A stretch of 64,000 nt of DNA from an uncultured virus (IMG/VR IMGVR_UViG_3300006922_000014). Lineage: Duplodnaviria > Heunggongvirae > Uroviricota > Caudoviricetes. Positions 59,471-64,000 of this stretch are shown here, in pieces. A model generated the notes under the pieces. The model worked only from the letters and a program-made list of their open reading frames with translations. It ran no database searches and was not told the origin of the DNA. The stretch lies in IMG/VR virus record IMGVR_UViG_3300006922_000014, one strand, 5' to 3'. Numbering within the stretch: position 1 is the stretch's first letter; each line of letters starts with the position of its first letter. The translations under genes were made by a program, and so were the position numbers.

Positions 59471-60313
59471 TTAAAATATATATCTTATTGTGTTTAAAGG
59501 AAAATACTTCTTGTATATATCCTTGAATTCATTGATTAGCCTGCCTTTATGTTCTAAAGGATACCTCATAACGCCTGATTGATTTTTAACTTCATAAGAA
59601 CGCCTCATTAGTTCCTGGGCTTCTGGTGATGCTTTAATCATTTGGTTCTTATGATTGGTTAAAGCTATAACCTCACATTTATTTATACCTGCTAGTTCTT
59701 TTACCTGTTTAAAAAGCTTATTATATTCTTCTTTCCAACCGGGATAAAAGACTAAAGGGCTATAATTAAGATGAACTTGCCAACCTAAATCTTTGAGACG
59801 GTTAACATCAGCTATACGGCTTTCTATCTTTTGCATCTTAGGTTCTAATATATTAGAATACTTCTGAGGCATAAGACTAACACGTACTCTTGGAGGCTTG
59901 TTAAAATTACTAACGTCTAACGTTAATAGTCCTGGATACTTTGTAGCCATTGTTGTATTAAGATTTTTATGTTTATCATACATAAGCAAGTAATCATATA
60001 AAGAAATTCCTGCTTTCTTTACATGTTTTTGCATAAGTACTAAATCTGTATTACAAGCAATGTCTACCATTGTGTATATAGGGTCTTGTTGATCAGGTAC
60101 CTTATAGTAACTTTTTTCCCAATCAACAACAGACTTAAATATTTGGTCAACGTTTCTATTTACAAAAACTCTTTTACCATTATACCTAGACATATAACAA
60201 TAGGTATCTACACAGCCACCAAAACAACCATATATGAGGTTTGGGGCTATGCAGTTAGCACTATTATTATTTGGTTTAGTTACAAGAGTTGTTGTTTTCT
60301 GTACCTTAATCAT
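59471..60313 (-). CDS. splB: Spore photoproduct lyase-like radical SAM protein
   Basis: GCFGGCVDTYCY cluster motif, DIACNTD, ATK, RVRVSLMP, LNYSP and RYP follow the SplB motif order. Confidence 0.75.
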   Translation of the reverse strand: MIKVQKTTTLVTKPNNNSANCIAPNLIYGCFGGCVDTYCYMSRYNGKRVFVNRNVDQIFKSVVDWEKSYYKVPDQQDPIYTMVDIACNTDLVLMQKHVKKAGISLYDYLLMYDKHKNLNTTMATKYPGLLTLDVSNFNKPPRVRVSLMPQKYSNILEPKMQKIESRIADVNRLKDLGWQVHLNYSPLVFYPGWKEEYNKLFKQVKELAGINKCEVIALTNHKNQMIKASPEAQELMRRSYEVKNQSGVMRYPLEHKGRLINEFKDIYKKYFPLNTIRYIF

Positions 60314-60665
60314 TTCTTATGTAAGCTGACTCAGTGCCAGATATAATATCTATATCTTTTACTTCAATATCTTTTACAAATTGACCGTTAACCATCTTTC
60401 CGGTACGTTTAGAGATTACATCATAAGCTGACTTGAGGCAGTATTCTAAAGATACATTCTGCATCTTAGCCTGAATAATCAAGGTGACCATAATATCACC
60501 CATAGCATCAACAATCTCTTCACGGTCATCAGCATTGATAGCCGTGCAGAGTTCAGTTGTTTCTTCTAATGTTTTCAACGCTTGGGCCATTGGTGTGGCT
60601 TTGTCAAAAATACCTTTTTCTTCTGCCCAGCTTTCTACTGCACATTCTAGTTCAAAATAATCCAT
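60306..60665 (-). CDS. mazG: MazG-like nucleotide pyrophosphohydrolase
   Basis: KTLEETTEL...EIVDAMGDIMVTL (EExxE...DxxxD). Confidence 0.8.
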   Translation of the reverse strand: MDYFELECAVESWAEEKGIFDKATPMAQALKTLEETTELCTAINADDREEIVDAMGDIMVTLIIQAKMQNVSLEYCLKSAYDVISKRTGKMVNGQFVKDIEVKDIDIISGTESAYIRND

Positions 60666-60669
60666 ATGT

Positions 60670-62661
60670 TTAAAATAATTTTAATTGATTAGATGACACC
60701 GTTAATATACTATTTATCTCAGACTCAATTGCTTGTAGATAATAAAGCTTATTGATATTATAGTTTTCCCATTTAGGTTCTACTTGCATATCATTAAATA
60801 AACTTTGTAACCACTTACCAGCCTCTAGTTGTATTTCACGATCATCATTTTTGTTAACTTTTACGATCTTTACTCCATCTTTAGATATAAAATACCTATT
60901 GATTTTTTGTAATTTATCTTCAGTGTACTTGCCATCTTTAACATATCTTGCTACTTGTTGCCAATTACCCTTTGATTTACCACCTATACAATAATCTAGA
61001 ATGTTTTTATTTTGTTCTAGATAGTCTTCAGGTAATATGTTTTTTACGAAGAAAGCATATATAGCTTTTGGTATAACTAACTTAGACTTGTTTTTATGTA
61101 ACTGTAGGTTATGAAAATCAAATCTACCTTTCAGCTTAACAGGAGCATAGCTAAACTTATCATTCTTGACATTAAATAAATAATGTGGTAATGATTGTTT
61201 TACTTCTCTAAACTTTGTTATGTCAACATCAATAAAGTTGTTTACACCTATATAGTTATTTACATCTGAAAGTATTAATTTTTGATATTCATCATGTTCT
61301 AAGTTTAAACTAGTTTTCTCCTCCCACTCTTTACATATCTGCATATATAAATCATAGTGCTCTCTTGGTATAATAGTTTCTACACCATCCGTGTTCTGTA
61401 ATAAAGCAACAGCACCCGGTATACGCTCCATGATTTGTTCATACAACATCATCAACGTTAGCTGACCATTAATTGTAATTCTCATACACAATTCTGGATC
61501 ATAAAAGAAGCTATTTACATCATTGCTAAGACCAAATGTAGAATTAAGTATAATCTTATATACATAATTCATTGGATTGCTCTTAGGAATCTTCTTACGC
61601 TCTTCAAAGAACCACTCATACTGATCACAAAACTGGTCAACTGGAAAATGTTCAGGAGACCATTTATTTTTGATTGCTAAGTTTGGGTAAAAAGATGTTA
61701 CATCTGAACTCATAATTAACATATCATCATCACTTTCATAAACACCTTTGTTAGCAGCACCATGTGCACCACCTAAACCAAAATGTGTCTTTACAGATTT
61801 ATAGTTTATATGATATTTGAAACTACCTTTCAGGTTAGAAGCATCTATCTCTAAAGTTTTAAACCTATCATGTAGTGTTTTAAACTCTTGAGATGTAAAT
61901 GAAATGTATGGTAATAAAATATCAGATACTTTAATATTAGATCTATGAGTCCTCATTTGTTTGAGATCTCTTTTTGGTATATTAAGCTTTTCTGATAAAT
62001 AATAACCAAATAGTTCTTTACTAATTCTTGGTTCAGAGGCGCTATATAGATTTATATTATATGTATCTGTTAGTTCTTTACGTAGTTTAATCTGTGACTT
62101 TGACCTATTAAATATTTCTTTGGTTGACTGTACATCATTAACATTATATTCAATGATAGTGTTAATCTCCTCAAGAGTTTTAATTTCAGCTGTATGATCT
62201 ATAGGCATTTCTAATATATTTTGCCAGTCCATACTATATTGTATCCACTTAAGACTAGAACGTTTAGCCGGGTTATCCCAATGGTGTAACTTAAATAGAT
62301 CTATCTGACCTATTTTCATCTTCCATATGGGGTAATCCATAAACTCTTTGTTATTAGACTTATTAATACAGTACTGTGCGTACTTATAAATTATATTAGC
62401 TATCTCACATCCTTTAAGATTGTCCCATAAATAGTAATTATCTATTATATATTGAGTGATCTGGCCATCAAATGCTAAACCATTGTATGATATATGCCAC
62501 TCTTTATTATCTACATTATCTTTTAAGAAACTTATAAAATCATCAAAATCATTACGCAGGTCATGAACAACAAATGTTTTACTCTCATTTGTTTTATAAT
62601 GCTCAAATACCCCGGTGAAACAATTAGATAAAGTTTCATAGTCCATTACCCAGTGTTTCAT
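60670..62661 (-). CDS. polB: Family B DNA polymerase with 3'-5' exonuclease
   Basis: Exonuclease motifs DYET, YNGLAFD and YNVNDV; polymerase motifs DVTSFYP, KIILNSTFG and NTDG. Confidence 0.9.
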   Translation of the reverse strand: MKHWVMDYETLSNCFTGVFEHYKTNESKTFVVHDLRNDFDDFISFLKDNVDNKEWHISYNGLAFDGQITQYIIDNYYLWDNLKGCEIANIIYKYAQYCINKSNNKEFMDYPIWKMKIGQIDLFKLHHWDNPAKRSSLKWIQYSMDWQNILEMPIDHTAEIKTLEEINTIIEYNVNDVQSTKEIFNRSKSQIKLRKELTDTYNINLYSASEPRISKELFGYYLSEKLNIPKRDLKQMRTHRSNIKVSDILLPYISFTSQEFKTLHDRFKTLEIDASNLKGSFKYHINYKSVKTHFGLGGAHGAANKGVYESDDDMLIMSSDVTSFYPNLAIKNKWSPEHFPVDQFCDQYEWFFEERKKIPKSNPMNYVYKIILNSTFGLSNDVNSFFYDPELCMRITINGQLTLMMLYEQIMERIPGAVALLQNTDGVETIIPREHYDLYMQICKEWEEKTSLNLEHDEYQKLILSDVNNYIGVNNFIDVDITKFREVKQSLPHYLFNVKNDKFSYAPVKLKGRFDFHNLQLHKNKSKLVIPKAIYAFFVKNILPEDYLEQNKNILDYCIGGKSKGNWQQVARYVKDGKYTEDKLQKINRYFISKDGVKIVKVNKNDDREIQLEAGKWLQSLFNDMQVEPKWENYNINKLYYLQAIESEINSILTVSSNQLKLF

Positions 62662-62673
62662 TTTTTATGTTTT

Positions 62674-62997
62674 TTAAGAGCTAGAGTCATTATTCTCTTT
62701 CTCATTTGAATTAGTGTTTCCATCATTATAATTTTTAAGTGCCACTACTTTAGCTTCTAGTATTAGATCCATAATACTATCATAGATACTTTCTACCGCT
62801 TCTGGTGATCCATCACGCTCTAACTTTTTATCTATTTCTCTCTCATATAAGTCAACTGTTTTGATTACATGCTTAATCTTTTGTTTAACTTTTTGAGTAT
62901 GTATATACTGTAACCCGTGTGCTATCTCACCCATGCACTTAGTCATAGCAAACAGGATGTTAACATCCATTATTTCTTCTGCTTTTAATTGTTTCAT
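62674..62997 (-). CDS. Hypothetical protein
   Basis: 107-aa helical ORF in the polB operon. Confidence 0.55.
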   Translation of the reverse strand: MKQLKAEEIMDVNILFAMTKCMGEIAHGLQYIHTQKVKQKIKHVIKTVDLYEREIDKKLERDGSPEAVESIYDSIMDLILEAKVVALKNYNDGNTNSNEKENNDSSS

Positions 62998-63016
62998 AAT
63001 TTAATTTATTAGAGCC

Positions 63017-63042
63017 AAAAAAAGCCCAAATCAATGAGCTTT
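63017..63042 (-). terminator. Intrinsic terminator
   Basis: Minus strand reads AAAGCUCA-UUGAUU-UGGGCUUU-UUUU, after the 63073-63492 gene. Confidence 0.7.
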
Positions 63043-63072
63043 CTTTTTAAAAATCAATAAAGTGTTAGACCT

Positions 63073-63492
63073 TTATTGACCAGGTAGAATTAAATTAGAT
63101 GTTTTAGTTTCCTTTACATCTACATTCATAAACTGTGTGTAGTCAAATTCTGAAGCATTAACAGCAAACATATGAATAAAAGTTTCTATATCAGCTTTAT
63201 CATTAAGATAAAACTCAGAGAAAGTATCTACTAGCCTTCTCTCTTCTTTAACCGTTTTACCAGTTTGTTGATTTGGTGTTTTTAATCTTTGTGGATCTCC
63301 GTTATCATCTAACTTTGGTACCATATGATAAGATTGTTTCATCACTTTACTGATGACAGCTAAAATACCTGACGCAGGGTCAAACATAGCTTCTGTATAA
63401 GGTGAGTCTAAACTCACAGGAATTAATGTAAAAGAATTTACATTTCTAAATACTGATTTTACCAGCATCATATTTTGTCCTATTTGTGCCAT
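63073..63492 (-). CDS. Hypothetical phage protein
   Basis: 139-aa ORF preceded by a TATCTTTG box (63513-63520, minus strand) and followed by a terminator. Confidence 0.65.
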   Translation of the reverse strand: MAQIGQNMMLVKSVFRNVNSFTLIPVSLDSPYTEAMFDPASGILAVISKVMKQSYHMVPKLDDNGDPQRLKTPNQQTGKTVKEERRLVDTFSEFYLNDKADIETFIHMFAVNASEFDYTQFMNVDVKETKTSNLILPGQ

Positions 63493-63500
63493 AATTGGTT

Positions 63501-64000
63501 TTATTTATTGCTCAAAGATATTGAAGTATCTTCTAATAACCTAGCTAAAAGATAATTATTATCAACTAAGGTTTCTTTTTCTAGATCTGGAGGTGTGCAT
63601 ATCTCATGAACATCTTTCAATTGTTCAACTGATACATTCAAGAACTCTGCATATTCTTCATGACTTTCTTGTGGTGATAAAAATGAATGAACATACTCAG
63701 AAACCTTATCATCATCTCCAAAATAATCTAATATATTAATTTTACTATCTATACTTATGTTTGAATACTTACCTTTAATGAAGTTATCATAATCAAACTT
63801 TAATGAAGTAAAATCATAAACTATCAGGTGTCTTCTCTCACTAAGTTTTATATGCTTATAAAAATGTTTATGAGAAAATACATGCTTTTCCAAAAACAAT
63901 ATAAATTTCTTAGTCATAGGGGTCTGATATAAACACATAAACATTGTATCATCAATAGAGTAGACATCTTCCAAGGCTATATAAGTTTGCCTAGGAACAT
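63501..64000 (-). CDS. Hypothetical protein, 5'-truncated by the window edge
   Basis: The frame stays open beyond the track start at 63974 to the window end (...VPRQTYIALEDVY...). Confidence 0.6.
   Translation of the reverse strand, partial: VPRQTYIALEDVYSIDDTMFMCLYQTPMTKKFILFLEKHVFSHKHFYKHIKLSERRHLIVYDFTSLKFDYDNFIKGKYSNISIDSKINILDYFGDDDKVSEYVHSFLSPQESHEEYAEFLNVSVEQLKDVHEICTPPDLEKETLVDNNYLLARLLEDTSISLSNK

Noticed and set aside
57675..60665. Complete Z-genome (2-aminoadenine) pathway
   Set aside because: No PurZ-like or DatZ-like gene is present in the window, and the two hydrolases alone are not diagnostic.
1..64000. Stop-codon reassignment (TAG or TGA), known in some crAss-like phages
   Set aside because: Very long ORFs are intact under the standard code, and TAG or TGA end genes at sensible boundaries (38288, 44546, 47908, 48159).
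1..64000. CRISPR array, tRNA genes, introns, inteins, or a diversity-generating retroelement
   Set aside because: I saw no regularly spaced DNA repeats, cloverleaf, reverse transcriptase or interrupted polB, nrd or RNA polymerase genes. This was by eye only, so small elements could have been missed.

Overview
This AT-rich window is part of a large crAss-like (Crassvirales-type) podophage genome. The host is probably a member of the Bacteroidota/Flavobacteriia, inferred from TAnnTTTG promoter boxes, A-rich leaders without Shine-Dalgarno sequences, and a Flavobacterium-type class Id ribonucleotide reductase. The + strand carries the late module: VWA/FN3 virion proteins, a metallophosphoesterase, an IHF-like protein, two tail ring proteins, a 2135-aa muzzle protein with an inserted VWA domain, several ejected cargo proteins, a 4524-aa virion RNA polymerase (GADFDIDK motif plus a zincin HExxH), a 1915-aa cargo protein, two holins, small basic proteins and three related fibre proteins. 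The - strand carries an nrdB-nrdA island and a replication/nucleotide block (family B DNA polymerase, MazG-like protein, SplB-like radical SAM enzyme, DUF932-like protein, dATP/dGTP diphosphohydrolase-like protein). The most striking unexplained signal is a recurring x-x-x-G-G / LPKAQxG linker. It divides the cargo proteins into discrete enzyme-like modules and makes up much of several tiny basic proteins, which suggests a virion polyprotein-processing or packaging-tag system. All calls come from reading motifs by eye; no database searches were run.
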